From the NCBI GenBank assembly GCA_005885035.1, contig VAXZ01000111.1:1603-65602 (forward strand): DNA of 64,000 nucleotides. Reading direction: 5' to 3'. Within the stretch, counting starts at the first letter, position 1, and the number at the start of each line of letters is the position of its first letter. The position numbers and the translations under genes are program-made. The notes under the pieces were generated by a model. That model was not told the origin of the DNA. It made no database searches and saw nothing but the letters and a program-made list of their open reading frames with translations. The stretch is from Actinomycetota bacterium (GTDB lineage Bacteria > Actinomycetota > UBA4738 > HRBIN12). Shown piece after piece: positions 29,061-39,525 of this stretch.

Positions 29061-30965
29061 ATGGCGGGCATGCAACCCCACGACGTCTTCCGCTTCACGA
29101 GCACGACCGACCCTCGCCTGTCTCCGGACGGGGCGTCGGTCGCCTACGTCGTCGCGTCGGTGGACGAGGAGAGCGGAGAGCCGCGGAGCTCGATCTGGTC
29201 GGTGCCGGTCGACGGGTCGACGGAGCCTCGCCGACTCACGTTCGGACCGAAGCGGGACGCGACCCCGCGATGGTCTCCCGATGGACGTTGGCTCGCGTTC
29301 ACGTCGGTCCGAGATGGTGAGGTCGCGCAGCTGTACGTGGCGCCGGTCGATGCTCCGGGCGAGGCCCGCCGGCTGACCGATCTGAAGGAAGACGTGCACG
29401 GCCCGGTGTGGGCGCCGGAAGGTTCGCGCATCGCGTTCACGGCACGCGACCACGATCCGGACGATGACATCGACGAGCCCTCCCGCCGGCCGCCGCGTCG
29501 GATCGATCGACTGCAGTATCGGTTGGACAAGGAAGGGTGGACGGCCAGACGGACGCATCACGTGTGGATCGTCGGCTTGAACGACGGCGACCGACCGACA
29601 CAGCTCACGTCGGGCGACTACGAGGACCTGGATCCCACGTGGGCGCCCGATGGCTCCCGGATCGCCTTCGTGTCGGCCCGCCACGAGGACTGGGACCTCA
29701 CGACGACGTCGGACGTCTACGTCGTGCCGTCATCGGGTGGCGAGCCGAAGCGGCTGACCGCGACGGACGGCGCCTACGCCCGTCCCTCTTGGTCCCCGGA
29801 TGGAGGCTGCATCGCCGCGTTCTTCGTACCGGGTGCGTTCGATGACCCTCGGCACGCCCGCGTGGTCGTGGTCGATGCCGCCGACGGCGAGCGTTCGATG
29901 CTCACCGAGGACCTGGATCGCAACTGCCTGCCGTACCCGCCGATCCGAGAGCCGGTGTGGGACGACGAGCAGTTGATCTTCGCGATCGAAGACGCGGGAA
30001 CGGTGCCGCTGTTCCGAGTCCCCACGGACGGTTCGTCGCAGCCATGGCGTGTCTCGGGACAGGATGGCTGGGTCACCGGGTACGACCTGGCCGCCGGGAT
30101 CCTCGTCCACACGCTCACCACCCCGACCACACCGTCGGAGCTCTTCGTCGGCGACCGCCGTTTGACGGACGTCTCGCTTCCGTTCGGGAAGGAAGTCGAG
30201 CTGTCGGAGCCCGAGCCGTTCACCGCGGTCGCGCCCGACGGCGCGCAGATCGATGCCTGGGTGATGCGACCCGTCGACTTCGACGAGGAGCAGACGTATC
30301 CCGCCGTGCTCAACATCCACGGAGGACCCTTCACCCAATACGGACAGCGGTTCTTCGACGAGTTCCAGGTTCAAACCGGTGCGGGATCCGTCGTCGTCTA
30401 CGCGAACCCGCGCGGGTCCTCGGGCTATGCGGAGGAGTGGGGACGTGCGATCCGTGGGCCCGTCGAGGGCGGCCCCGGATGGGGATCGGTCGACTACGAC
30501 GACCTGATGGCGGTCGTCGACGAGGCCGTGAAACGGTATCGGTTCATCGACCCCGATCGCCTCGCGGTGATGGGAGGGTCCTACGGCGGCTACATGACCT
30601 CATGGATCGTCGGGCACACCGATCGGTTCCGCTGCGCCATCTCGGAACGGGCGGTGAACGACATGGCCTCGGAGGACGGCACCGCTGATCTCGCCGGGTT
30701 CTTCCGTGGCTACGTCGGGGCTGCCGCCTGGGAGGAGCCGGAGGCGTACGCGCGGATCTCACCGCTCTCCTACGCAGCGGACATGACCACCCCCCTGCTG
30801 ATCCTGCACTCCGAGGAGGATCTTCGTTGCCCCATCAACCAAGGTGAGCAGCTGTTCACCGTGCTTCGGAGCATGCGGCGGGATGTGGAGCTCGTTCGTT
30901 TTCCGGCGGAGAGTCACGAGCTCACGCGATCGGGCAGCCCGACCCATCGCGTGCAGCGCTTCTAG
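29061..30965 (+). CDS. S9 family serine peptidase (acylaminoacyl-peptidase-like: beta-propeller plus alpha/beta-hydrolase)
   Basis: GGSYGGYMT nucleophile elbow; N-terminal TolB-like WD/propeller repeats. 634 aa. Confidence 0.85.
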   Translation: MAGMQPHDVFRFTSTTDPRLSPDGASVAYVVASVDEESGEPRSSIWSVPVDGSTEPRRLTFGPKRDATPRWSPDGRWLAFTSVRDGEVAQLYVAPVDAPGEARRLTDLKEDVHGPVWAPEGSRIAFTARDHDPDDDIDEPSRRPPRRIDRLQYRLDKEGWTARRTHHVWIVGLNDGDRPTQLTSGDYEDLDPTWAPDGSRIAFVSARHEDWDLTTTSDVYVVPSSGGEPKRLTATDGAYARPSWSPDGGCIAAFFVPGAFDDPRHARVVVVDAADGERSMLTEDLDRNCLPYPPIREPVWDDEQLIFAIEDAGTVPLFRVPTDGSSQPWRVSGQDGWVTGYDLAAGILVHTLTTPTTPSELFVGDRRLTDVSLPFGKEVELSEPEPFTAVAPDGAQIDAWVMRPVDFDEEQTYPAVLNIHGGPFTQYGQRFFDEFQVQTGAGSVVVYANPRGSSGYAEEWGRAIRGPVEGGPGWGSVDYDDLMAVVDEAVKRYRFIDPDRLAVMGGSYGGYMTSWIVGHTDRFRCAISERAVNDMASEDGTADLAGFFRGYVGAAAWEEPEAYARISPLSYAADMTTPLLILHSEEDLRCPINQGEQLFTVLRSMRRDVELVRFPAESHELTRSGSPTHRVQRF

Positions 30966-31001
30966 ATCGTGCTGGAGTTCCTGAACCGGCACCTTCGGGA
31001 G

Positions 31002-31024
31002 GGCGCCTCAGCCTGAGAGGCGCC
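31002..31024 (+). terminator. Hairpin between convergent genes
   Basis: GGCGCCTC-AGCCTGA-GAGGCGCC. Includes the stop codon of the minus-strand gene. Confidence 0.35.
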
Positions 31025-32465
31025 GCAGGACGTTCCGCGTGATCTGTTCGACCGTGCCGTCACTCAACCCGTAGGCCCAGTCGGTCACCCCGGCGTTGAT
31101 GACGGTGCCGCCGCCCGGGGTCGTGAAGGCGCCGAGGACGGCGTGATTGTGCTCCAGGCGATACGCGCTCGCCTCCCATCCATCGCCGAACACCGCCGCG
31201 GCGGCGTGCTCCAGCTCCCCAGGTTCGTTCGCGTAGCGCATCGGCTGCTCGTCGCGCTTCCACAATCGAGCCGGCGCGGTCGCGAGCACCTCCAGGGTCT
31301 CGGGGGCGCCGTCCGCGTGGGTCGGGACCGGAAGCCCCTCGGCGCCGGTCGTGAGCTCGCACCCGTCGACCTCGTAGGCGACGATCGAATCGGCGAGCCC
31401 CAGCGCATCCCCGTACCGGAGCCGCGTCCCTTCGAATATCCAATGGTTCGGACGGCAGACCGTGTATGCGCCCGAGGCGCGAGGGACGCCGAGGCCGTAG
31501 CGCGAGTACCCGCCGCGGGTGAAGGTCAACCCGGTCGTCGAGGTCTCGGGCCGCCCGATGCGCCGGTCCGACCACAGGCCGGTCAACGATCGTTCGTTGA
31601 CCGTCCCGAGCACCGGATCCTCATCCGCCCGGTACTTGAAGGAGGTCATCGTGCGCCGCTCGTCATCGAATCGGACCTGCCAGCAGCAGGTGTTCCCGCC
31701 GAAGATCGCGGCGTTGCCCCCGGCGGCGGTGAACGCATCGAGCCGGTCGCGCATCCCCCAGGACCAATACTCGTCGTGCCCGACCGAGACGAGGAGCCGG
31801 CGGTCCTGTAGCAGGTCGGGGCGGGCATCGAGGTCGGTGGAGATCGCGATGTCGACGGCGAACCCGCTTCGCTCGGCCCAGCGCAGGACCGGCCGCTCCC
31901 AGTTCCACCACCCGGCGCCGCCGCTCCACACCGACAGTCCGAGCCGCTCCGCCCATTCGAAGTACCACAGTCCCTCCCGGTCCGGGAGCGGCTGCATCTT
32001 CCGTCGATGGGGCTCCGGCTTGACCAGGAACCCCGGGGCCAGCGGTCGCTCCGAGGAGACCTGCGTTCCGCCCGTGTAGAGCGACGGCCCTCCCCAGTCG
32101 TTGTAGGCGTCGTACGTGGCCGTCGAGAGCACCATGAGGATCGGCGCCGCCTCTCGGGGGCGCGATCGGACGACGAAGAACGCATCGGCACGCTGGTCGC
32201 CCGAGGTCAGGGTCACGGCGTAGTACCCGGAGCGCCAGCGTTCGCCGACCGGGACCTCCAACGCGGCCGGCCACCCGCAGCCCATGGAACTCGCATCCTC
32301 CGGCACGGCGTGGTGGCCGGCCGCCCCCTCGGCGGACCACACCTCCTCGCGGTTCGCCCCGTCGCGCGCGACCTCGACCGCGAACCCCTCGAGGTCGGTG
32401 GAGGCGTGGATCGCGACGGCTTCGCCGGGCTCGACCGACCGTGGCCAGCAGTACGCCTCGAGCAT
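31008..32465 (-). CDS. Hypothetical protein, N,N-dimethylformamidase large-subunit-like (DmfA2-like) fold
   Basis: 485 aa; MVLSTATYDAYNDWGG, VSVGHDEYWSWGMRD, GGNTCCWQVRF. Family assignment is from memory only. Confidence 0.45.
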   Translation of the reverse strand: MLEAYCWPRSVEPGEAVAIHASTDLEGFAVEVARDGANREEVWSAEGAAGHHAVPEDASSMGCGWPAALEVPVGERWRSGYYAVTLTSGDQRADAFFVVRSRPREAAPILMVLSTATYDAYNDWGGPSLYTGGTQVSSERPLAPGFLVKPEPHRRKMQPLPDREGLWYFEWAERLGLSVWSGGAGWWNWERPVLRWAERSGFAVDIAISTDLDARPDLLQDRRLLVSVGHDEYWSWGMRDRLDAFTAAGGNAAIFGGNTCCWQVRFDDERRTMTSFKYRADEDPVLGTVNERSLTGLWSDRRIGRPETSTTGLTFTRGGYSRYGLGVPRASGAYTVCRPNHWIFEGTRLRYGDALGLADSIVAYEVDGCELTTGAEGLPVPTHADGAPETLEVLATAPARLWKRDEQPMRYANEPGELEHAAAAVFGDGWEASAYRLEHNHAVLGAFTTPGGGTVINAGVTDWAYGLSDGTVEQITRNVLRRLSG

Positions 32466-32488
32466 CGCCGGAGACTAGCGGAAGGAAA

Positions 32489-32653
32489 CTAGTGGAAGAG
32501 TGCGAAGTATCCGGCGATCAGGATCAGCACGCCGACGACGACGGGGGCGATCACCCACGCGAGCCCGAGCCGGCCTCGGTACGGACCGAGCGTCCCGACC
32601 TTCGTGGTCGGCTTCAATCCCGGCGGCCGGATCGTCATCTTCTTGCGCGACAT
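32489..32653 (-). CDS. Small (54-aa) single-TM protein
   Basis: MSRKKMTIRPPGLKPTTKVGTLGPYRGRLGLAWVIAPVVVGVLILIAGYFALFH; basic N-terminus plus one TM helix. Confidence 0.35.
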   Translation of the reverse strand: MSRKKMTIRPPGLKPTTKVGTLGPYRGRLGLAWVIAPVVVGVLILIAGYFALFH

Positions 32654-32766
32654 CGTTCCGAGTGTACGAGGGCATCCTCGGCCGGAGCGGCACCGACCTT
32701 CGGCCCATTGACACAGCGCCTCCGGGCTGGCGTGATGGTTCTCGTCCGAGCCGGGAGGGGAAACCG

Positions 32767-34288
32767 ATGCGGAAGCAACGTTCGACGCGCCTGTTCGCAG
32801 CCGCCGCACTTGCCTCATTGGTCATCACTGCGCTGGTTGGGAACACCGCTTCGGCCCACAAGATCCCGCGATGGGTCAAGCACGTACAGCATTGGAACGG
32901 CGGGATCTCCAACGGTGTGCGCGAGCGCGCTGCGCAGGCGTCGGGCGGCCTCGTGATCCCCCAGACCCTCTCCCGGCCTGTCGTGAAGATCGGATCGCCG
33001 GCTCTCGACAACGTGCAGATGAACGGTGACAGCGATCCGCCGCTCCCGCAGGACGAGCCGTCGATCGCCGAGAGCCTCGACGACCCGATGAACGCCGTGG
33101 CGGCATCCAACGACTACACCGGTGACGGGTTCTGGATCGGGTCCACGACGGATGGCGGGCAGACCTGGGCGAGCCAGTGGAAGGACCCGAAGTTCAGCTT
33201 CGACGGCGGACGATGCTTCGCGTCGGATCCCTCCGTGGCGTACAGCCTCCGCGACCACGCCTTCTACCTCTCGACCCTCTGCTACTTCTCCACGACGCCG
33301 GCATCGGAGATCCAGGTATGGAAGTCGGTCGATGGTGGGGGAACGTGGAGCTCGTCGCAGCAGCCGGCGCTCGTGGTCACGAATCACGCGACGGACGGGT
33401 CGATCGACGCCTCCGTCTTCTACGACAAGGAGCTGATGGCGGTCGACAACACGCCCGGCAGTCCGTACTTCGGACGGCTCTACGTCACGTATACGAAGTT
33501 CCACATGACGGGCGGCTCGTACGCACGGAGCGACTACTGCCCGGTGCAGGCGGCGTACACGGACGCGATCCCGACGGCGGATCCGGCCGCGTCGTCGTGG
33601 GGTCACACGGCGATCGTCCCGGATGCGCCTGGCGCCAAGGGCACGGGATCGTCCGCGAACCAGTTCTCCACGCCGCTCGTCGACGATCAGGGAGCGCTCG
33701 ACGTCGCGTTCGTGCAGGAGGACTGCAACACGAGCATCGATCACGCGTTGTACTTCGCCCGCTCGGACACCGGCGGCGCGTCCTTCGGCGGGATCGTTCG
33801 CGTGGATCGGCCCGGGTGGTTCTCGGACAACCCGAACGCGAACGACAACCTTCCCGGCAAGTGCGGACATCTCGTTGCAATCGTCCGACGACTTCGGCGC
33901 CACGTGGACCGCCCCGAGGACGATCAGCGTGAGATCGAACGGCAAGGCGGCTCCACGTGATCAGTTCTTCCCGGCGATCGGGGTCGACCCGGACGGCGTA
34001 TGGTTCGCGATCTGGCAGGACACGCGTCTGGACCCTGCGAACCATCTGATCTCGACGTTCCAGGGTGAGTCGTCCAACGGCGGACAGACGTGGACCAACC
34101 ATCTGATCTCGACGGCGTCGTTCGATCCGCGGAAGTCATTCTTCACGTGTGGGTGCTTCATCGGTGACTACAACCAGATCGCGGTGTCCTCCGAGGTAGT
34201 GCTCCCGGCATGGACCGACGGCAGGGACTCGCCACCGAAGCCGGCCGGAGACTCGAACGTCTGGACCAACGTGGAGATCAGGTCCTAA
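32767..34288 (+). CDS. Secreted BNR/Asp-box repeat protein (sialidase/glycosyl-hydrolase-like beta-propeller), frameshifted near 33851..33880
   Basis: Signal peptide MRKQRSTRLFAAAALASLVITALVGNTASA. Asp-boxes STTDGGQTW, SVDGGGTWSS, SSDDFGATW and SSNGGQTW. N-terminal part is in the frame of ORF 32500..33960; C-terminal part is in the frame of ORF 33623..34288. Confidence 0.7.
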
Positions 34289-34372
34289 GGGAAAGCTACG
34301 CGCGGAAGCGAGCCGGGCGGTCGGGAGGCCGCCCGGCAGCGCAACCTGAGCGCTTCGTTACACTCGGGCGCG

Positions 34373-34780
34373 ATGGGTGAGAAGTACCGCATCGTCGTCG
34401 CGAAGCCCGGTCTGGACGGCCACGACCGCGGTGCGAAGATCGTGGCACGCGCGCTCCGAGATGCCGGATTCGAGGTGATCTACACCGGGCTGCACCAGAC
34501 CCCGGAGCAGATCGTGGAGACCGCGATCCAGGAGGACGCCGACGCGGTCGGGTTGTCGCTGCACTCGGGCGCCCACATGACGCTCTTCCCGAAGGTCGTC
34601 CGGATGATGCGGGAGCGCGGCGCCGAAGACATCCTCGTCTTCGGCGGTGGGATCGTACCGGACGCCGACATCAGGAAGCTCGAGGCCGAAGGCGTCGAGC
34701 GGATCTTCACGCCGGGCGCCACCACGACCGAGATCGTCGATTGGCTCCGTGGCCGGCTCGAACGGGCGTCGGCGGGCTGA
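34373..34780 (+). CDS. Methylmalonyl-CoA mutase small subunit (cobalamin-binding domain protein)
   Basis: [32 protein letters not shown]; B12-binding Rossmann-like domain, 135 aa. Confidence 0.85.
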   Translation: MGEKYRIVVAKPGLDGHDRGAKIVARALRDAGFEVIYTGLHQTPEQIVETAIQEDADAVGLSLHSGAHMTLFPKVVRMMRERGAEDILVFGGGIVPDADIRKLEAEGVERIFTPGATTTEIVDWLRGRLERASAG

Positions 34781-34793
34781 TCCCGAGGGACCG

Positions 34794-35936
34794 ATGGATC
34801 TCTACGAGCACATGGGCAAGGACCTGTTCCGCGTCCAGGGCATCCCGACACCGGCGGGCAGGGTCTGTCGGACCCCGCAAGAAGCGGCCGACGCGGCCCG
34901 CACCTTCGGCGGCTCGGCGGTCGTCAAGGTCCAGGTGCAGATCGGCGGTCGTGGCAAGGGAGGCGGGGTTGAGCTCTGTCGCTCGCCGGACGGTGCCGCG
35001 GCGGCGGCCGAGCGGATGCTCCGAGACGGGTTCATGGGCCACGTGGTCGACCGCGTGCTCGCGGAGGAGCTCCTCCCGATCGCGCAGGAGTTCTACACGT
35101 CGATCGTGCTCGAACGGACCACGGGCGGATACCTCGCGATGATGACCGCCGAGGGCGGCGTCGACATCGAGGCCCTCGCCCGCGAGCGGCCGGAGACCAT
35201 CCGCCGGGTCCAGATCGATCCGCTGCTCCGCCTTCGCACCTACCACGTCCGCGAGCTCACGGGAGCCCTGCCGGTCGCGGCGCGCGAAGGCGCAGCCGAT
35301 GTCGTTCGGAAGCTGTTCGAACTCCTGTGGGAGCGCGACGCGACGCTCGTTGAGGTGAACCCCCTCGTGCTCCTCGACGACGGCCGCGTGGTCGCGCTCG
35401 ACGCGAAGGTCACGGTCGACGACAACGCGCTGCCCCGTCACCCTGACCTGGCCGCGTTGGCGCAGGAGTTCCCGATCGACCCCGTCGAGAAGCGCGCGAA
35501 GGATGCGGGTCTGCAATACGTCAAGCTCGAGGGCGAGGTTGGCATCATCGGCAACGGCGCCGGGCTCGTGATGGCGACGCTGGACATCGTTGCGCGTGCC
35601 GGCGCCAGGGCGGCCAACTTCCTGGACATCGGAGGCGGAGCGAGCGCCGACACGATGGCGACGTCGCTCGAGGTCATCCTGTCCGATCCGGCGGTCCGAT
35701 GCGTCTTCGTCAACATCTTCGGCGGCATCACGCGATGCGACGTGGTCGCGAACGGTGTGCTCGAGGCGCTGACGCGCGTCGATGCGACGGTCCCGCTCGT
35801 GCTCCGCCTGGACGGGACGAACGCCGAGGAAGGCCGCAGGATCATCGACGAGGCGAGGCATCCCATGATCGTTTCGGTCCCAACGATGGACGAAGCTGCT
35901 GCCGAGGCCGCGCGGCTATCGCGTGAGGCCGCGTGA
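34794..35936 (+). CDS. sucC: Succinyl-CoA synthetase beta subunit
   Basis: ATG at 34794 (aa 50 of the ORF). ATP-grasp domain plus CoA-ligase domain ([12 protein letters not shown]). Confidence 0.95.
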   Translation: MDLYEHMGKDLFRVQGIPTPAGRVCRTPQEAADAARTFGGSAVVKVQVQIGGRGKGGGVELCRSPDGAAAAAERMLRDGFMGHVVDRVLAEELLPIAQEFYTSIVLERTTGGYLAMMTAEGGVDIEALARERPETIRRVQIDPLLRLRTYHVRELTGALPVAAREGAADVVRKLFELLWERDATLVEVNPLVLLDDGRVVALDAKVTVDDNALPRHPDLAALAQEFPIDPVEKRAKDAGLQYVKLEGEVGIIGNGAGLVMATLDIVARAGARAANFLDIGGGASADTMATSLEVILSDPAVRCVFVNIFGGITRCDVVANGVLEALTRVDATVPLVLRLDGTNAEEGRRIIDEARHPMIVSVPTMDEAAAEAARLSREAA

Positions 35937-36805
35937 GCGTTCTCGTCGGCGCCGACACGAAGCTGCTGGTCCAGGGGATGACCGGCAAGGAGGGCACGTT
36001 CCACACCCTCCGGAACCGGGCGTACGGGACGGACGTCGTCGCCGGGGTGACGCCGGGCAAGGGCGGGCAGGACGTCGAGGGGATCCCGGTCTTCGACACG
36101 GTTGCCGAAGCCGTCGACGCGACGGGCGCGAACACCTCGATGATCTTCGTCGGACCGCGGTTCGCGGCCGAGGCCATCTTGGAGGCGGCCGACGCGCGGA
36201 TCGGCCTCGTCGTGTGCATCACGGAGGGCATCGCGGCCCGTGACATGGCCGAGGTGCATGCGTACCTGGAAGGGACGGCGACCACGCTGGTCGGACCGAA
36301 CTGCCCGGGCGTGATCAGCCCCGGACTCGCGAACGTCGGCATCATCCCCGGCGAGGTGTGTGCGCCGGGACGCGTCGGGTTCGTGAGCCGGTCGGGCACG
36401 CTCGTCTACCAGATCGTGTACGAGCTCACGTCCAGGGGGATCGGCCAGTCCACGTGCATCGGGATGGGCGGGGACCCGGTGCACGGGATCGGCTTCATCG
36501 AGTCGCTCGCCCTGTTCGAAGGGGATCCGGACACCGAACTGATGATCATGACCGGCGAGATCGGTGGCGACGACGAGGAGCGCGCCGCCTCGTACATCGC
36601 CGAACGGGTCGCGAAGCCCGTCGTCGCGTACATCGCGGGGTTCGAAGCCCCGGTGGGGAAGCGCATGGGTCACGCGGGCGCCATCGTGACCGGGTCCACC
36701 GGAACCGCGGCCGCGAAGGCCGAGGCGCTCGAGTCGGTCGGGGTACAGGTGGCCCGGACCCCCTCGCAGGTCGCCCGGCTGGTGGCGGACCGGCTCACGG
36801 GATGA
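35933..36805 (+). CDS. sucD: Succinyl-CoA synthetase alpha subunit
   Basis: [14 protein letters not shown], active-site His loop [12 protein letters not shown] overlap with sucC. Confidence 0.95.
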   Translation: MSVLVGADTKLLVQGMTGKEGTFHTLRNRAYGTDVVAGVTPGKGGQDVEGIPVFDTVAEAVDATGANTSMIFVGPRFAAEAILEAADARIGLVVCITEGIAARDMAEVHAYLEGTATTLVGPNCPGVISPGLANVGIIPGEVCAPGRVGFVSRSGTLVYQIVYELTSRGIGQSTCIGMGGDPVHGIGFIESLALFEGDPDTELMIMTGEIGGDDEERAASYIAERVAKPVVAYIAGFEAPVGKRMGHAGAIVTGSTGTAAAKAEALESVGVQVARTPSQVARLVADRLTG

Positions 36806-38076
36806 GCGCCGGGTTCCCGGCCGCACCCGAGACCCCCGCCGACACGCGTCCGACGGCGTTGCTGCGCTCGGGGGTACGCCGGGGCGCGCTCCTGGTCTTC
36901 CTCCCGGTGTTCGTGGCCGGGCAGGCGATCGCGTGGCTCACGTACGCCGTGAGCCGTTGGTACCGGCCGTGGTCGTGGTTCAAGATCGGGCTCGCGGAGA
37001 CGCTCGCGAGCGCACGGGTCACGTTCACCGCACGGAGCTCGGGTGGGCCCGCAGGGATCGGGCCGTCTTCTCAGGCTGGATCGGTGCTGGAGGTCGGGAT
37101 CGGCGCGCTCGCGATCGCGGTCGTCGTGCTCGCCTTCCGAGCGGGGCGCGAACAGGCTCACGGGCTGGAGGAGCGCCCGCTCGCCGCCGCGATCGCCGGC
37201 GCCGGACCGTCCCTAGGGTTCGCCGTCCCGATGGCCGTGATCGCGCCGTTCGTGACGCTCGGGTTCCCGCAGTTCGGGATCGATCATCTCCGGCCGGTGT
37301 GGTGGGAGGCGCTCGTCCTGCCACTCATCGTGTGTGCCTCGTGTGGGGCGATCGGCGGTCTCTCGGCCGCGCGCGCGGCGCTCGAGGCACGGGGACGCTG
37401 GGGCCCCCGGGCGGTCGGCGCGGCCCGCGGCGGGTTCACCGGCTTCTCGTGGGGCCTCGCGCTGGCGTTCGCCGGGTTCCTGGTGCTCGCCGTGTTGGAA
37501 CCGGGAGCCACCGGAGCGTACGCGCGGTTCGTCGATCGTTCGAGCGGGAGCGGGGCGGCCCTCCTCGTGCAACACGCGCTCCTGCTGCCGAACCAGTTCG
37601 GGATGATGCTCGCCACGTCGATGGGCATCCCGACGAGCCTCGACGTCGGGGCGACGACGGTCGTCCGGCTCACCCTGTCCGGGATCCACACGGAGGGGAA
37701 CGTCGGTGCGGGGTTGGCAGCGCTCGTCGGTGCACCGTCGACGGCCGCCGCCTTTCCCGTCTGGTACCTGGCCTTCCTCGCGATCCCGGCAGCAGCGACG
37801 GTGATCGGCGGACGGTCGGCGGGGCGCGCCGCGGGAGGGCGGCCGGAGGCCGCCCTCCGCGGCGCGCTCGCCGGGGTGGTCTACGCCGTGCTCTGTGGGG
37901 TCGCCTCCTGGGCGGCCACGATCGTCCTCCCGCCGTGGTCGGCGATCCTCGGCGGGTCGCTCCGGCTCGGCGTCGATCCGGCCAGCACGATGCTGGTCGC
38001 GCTTCTGTGGGGGGTGGTCGGCGGAGCGATCGGATCGACGTCGTGGCAGGTACCGCAGCCCGCCGCGCAGCCTTGA
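36802..38076 (+). CDS. Integral membrane protein, function unknown
   Basis: ATG at 36802 overlapping the sucD stop. About 10 TM helices, Gly/Ala-rich. 424 aa. Confidence 0.6.
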   Translation: MSAGFPAAPETPADTRPTALLRSGVRRGALLVFLPVFVAGQAIAWLTYAVSRWYRPWSWFKIGLAETLASARVTFTARSSGGPAGIGPSSQAGSVLEVGIGALAIAVVVLAFRAGREQAHGLEERPLAAAIAGAGPSLGFAVPMAVIAPFVTLGFPQFGIDHLRPVWWEALVLPLIVCASCGAIGGLSAARAALEARGRWGPRAVGAARGGFTGFSWGLALAFAGFLVLAVLEPGATGAYARFVDRSSGSGAALLVQHALLLPNQFGMMLATSMGIPTSLDVGATTVVRLTLSGIHTEGNVGAGLAALVGAPSTAAAFPVWYLAFLAIPAAATVIGGRSAGRAAGGRPEAALRGALAGVVYAVLCGVASWAATIVLPPWSAILGGSLRLGVDPASTMLVALLWGVVGGAIGSTSWQVPQPAAQP

Positions 38077-38089
38077 AGCGGCCGTCCCG

Positions 38090-38827
38090 CTAGGCGCCGA
38101 CCTCGCTGAAGTTGTTCTCGATCTGGGTGTACCGGCGCCACGCCTGGCCCCATCCGTCATCGGTACGCGGGAACCGCTCGACCGGCGTGTTCGGGTTCTG
38201 CCGGTCCCAGATGCCGAAGAAGGTGCGGCCGTAACCAAGGAGGTAGCGGGTGCCGGTGTGCGTGTACTGCACGACCGCGCTGTCGCTCGGGTCGGGCTGG
38301 GTCTGTGGCGCGGGGGCTGAGGTCGCCTCTGGTCCGCTCGTCGTCGCCGCCGTATCGGGGACGGCAACGTGGTTCGGCTCCTGCGCGACGAATCGTAACC
38401 AGGCCTGCCGCCAGCCGTCGTCGGTTCGTGGGAACCGCTCCGTCGGAGCGCTCGGCTCCTGCCGGTCCCAGATGCCGAAGAAGCCTTCGCCGTAGCCGAG
38501 CACGTATCGGTATCCCGAGTGCGTGTACTTCTGCGCCGCACCCGACGGGACCCCGGAAGTGGTCGCCGGCTCGGGAGTCGGTGTCGGCGTGGCGGCTCCC
38601 CACGGCGTCGACTGCTCCGCGACCGGCGCCTCCGATCCGCTGCCGCTCGTGTTGGACTTGTCGGAGGACGATGCCGACGGCGCGGTCGTGGAAGACGACG
38701 TCTGGTTCGTCGGCTCCGGCTTCTGCGCCATGGCTTCCGCACGCGGGACGGTCAGGTCGCTGTAGCAGTAGCGGCACTTGATCGCCTCGTCCTGGATCTC
38801 TTCCGCGCAGTACGGGCACTTCTTCAC
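38090..38827 (-). CDS. Zinc-ribbon protein with a Ser/Thr/Pro-rich linker and two tandem ~47-aa repeats ([31 protein letters not shown])
   Basis: GTG at 38827 preceded by a GGAGGA Shine-Dalgarno. [18 protein letters not shown] zinc ribbon. The ORF track's longer N-terminus is antisense to purN. Confidence 0.6.
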   Translation of the reverse strand: MKKCPYCAEEIQDEAIKCRYCYSDLTVPRAEAMAQKPEPTNQTSSSTTAPSASSSDKSNTSGSGSEAPVAEQSTPWGAATPTPTPEPATTSGVPSGAAQKYTHSGYRYVLGYGEGFFGIWDRQEPSAPTERFPRTDDGWRQAWLRFVAQEPNHVAVPDTAATTSGPEATSAPAPQTQPDPSDSAVVQYTHTGTRYLLGYGRTFFGIWDRQNPNTPVERFPRTDDGWGQAWRRYTQIENNFSEVGA

Positions 38828-38914
38828 CGCGATCCTCCAGCTGGTAGGCGGTCTTCGGGTGGCCAGCTTACCGTCTCCGGTTGGCGCCCAGGCTCGGCGG
38901 TAGCATGCGCCTCC

Positions 38915-39523
38915 ATGAGCGAGAGGATCGCCGTGTTGGTCTCCGGGTCGGGCACCAACCTGCAAGCACTCATCGACGATCCCTTCATCCGGCCGCATCT
39001 GACGCTGGTGCTGTCGGACCGACCAGGTATCCGCGCGCTCGACCGCGCCGAAGCGGCGGGGATCCCCACCGTGGTCCTCGAACCGAGGTCCTACCCCGAC
39101 CGGGAGAGCTTCGATCAGGCGATCCTGGATCTGTTCCTCGAGCGAGACATCGACGCGTTGGTGAGTGCCGGCTATCTCCGGGTGCTGGGCAAGCGGGTGC
39201 TTGACGTCTACGAGGGCCGGTGGCTCAACGTCCACCCGGCGCTCCTCCCGGCCTTCCCGGGCATGCATGGTGTTCGGGATGCACTCGCCTACGGCGTGCA
39301 CGTGACGGGGGTGACCGTGCATCTGGTCGACGAGGGCGTGGACTCCGGTCCGATCGTGCTCCAGGGATCGGTGGAGGTCCGGCCGGACGACGACTGGGAT
39401 TCCCTGGAACTTCGGATCCACGAGGTCGAGCACCGCCTCCTGCCGCGCGCGGTCCGCGCGATGATCGACGGAAGGCTGCGGCGGGACGGCCGGCGCGTTC
39501 GCATCGTCGAGGAGGAGCCGTGA
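38915..39523 (+). CDS. purN: Phosphoribosylglycinamide formyltransferase
   Basis: ATG at 38915 (aa 133 of the ORF). [14 protein letters not shown] and [12 protein letters not shown] motifs. Confidence 0.9.
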   Translation: MSERIAVLVSGSGTNLQALIDDPFIRPHLTLVLSDRPGIRALDRAEAAGIPTVVLEPRSYPDRESFDQAILDLFLERDIDALVSAGYLRVLGKRVLDVYEGRWLNVHPALLPAFPGMHGVRDALAYGVHVTGVTVHLVDEGVDSGPIVLQGSVEVRPDDDWDSLELRIHEVEHRLLPRAVRAMIDGRLRRDGRRVRIVEEEP

Positions 39524-39525
39524 GC

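Noticed and set aside
35438-36826. 462-aa minus ORF antisense to sucC/sucD; also 56183..58423 (-) in another frame of accA, and 61628..63151 (+) antisense to copCD
   Set aside because: Alternative-frame artefacts over genes with unambiguous identity.
38828-39433. N-terminal 202 aa of ORF 38090..39433 (-)
   Set aside because: Antisense to purN. The real start is GTG 38827 with a GGAGGA Shine-Dalgarno, where the zinc ribbon begins.
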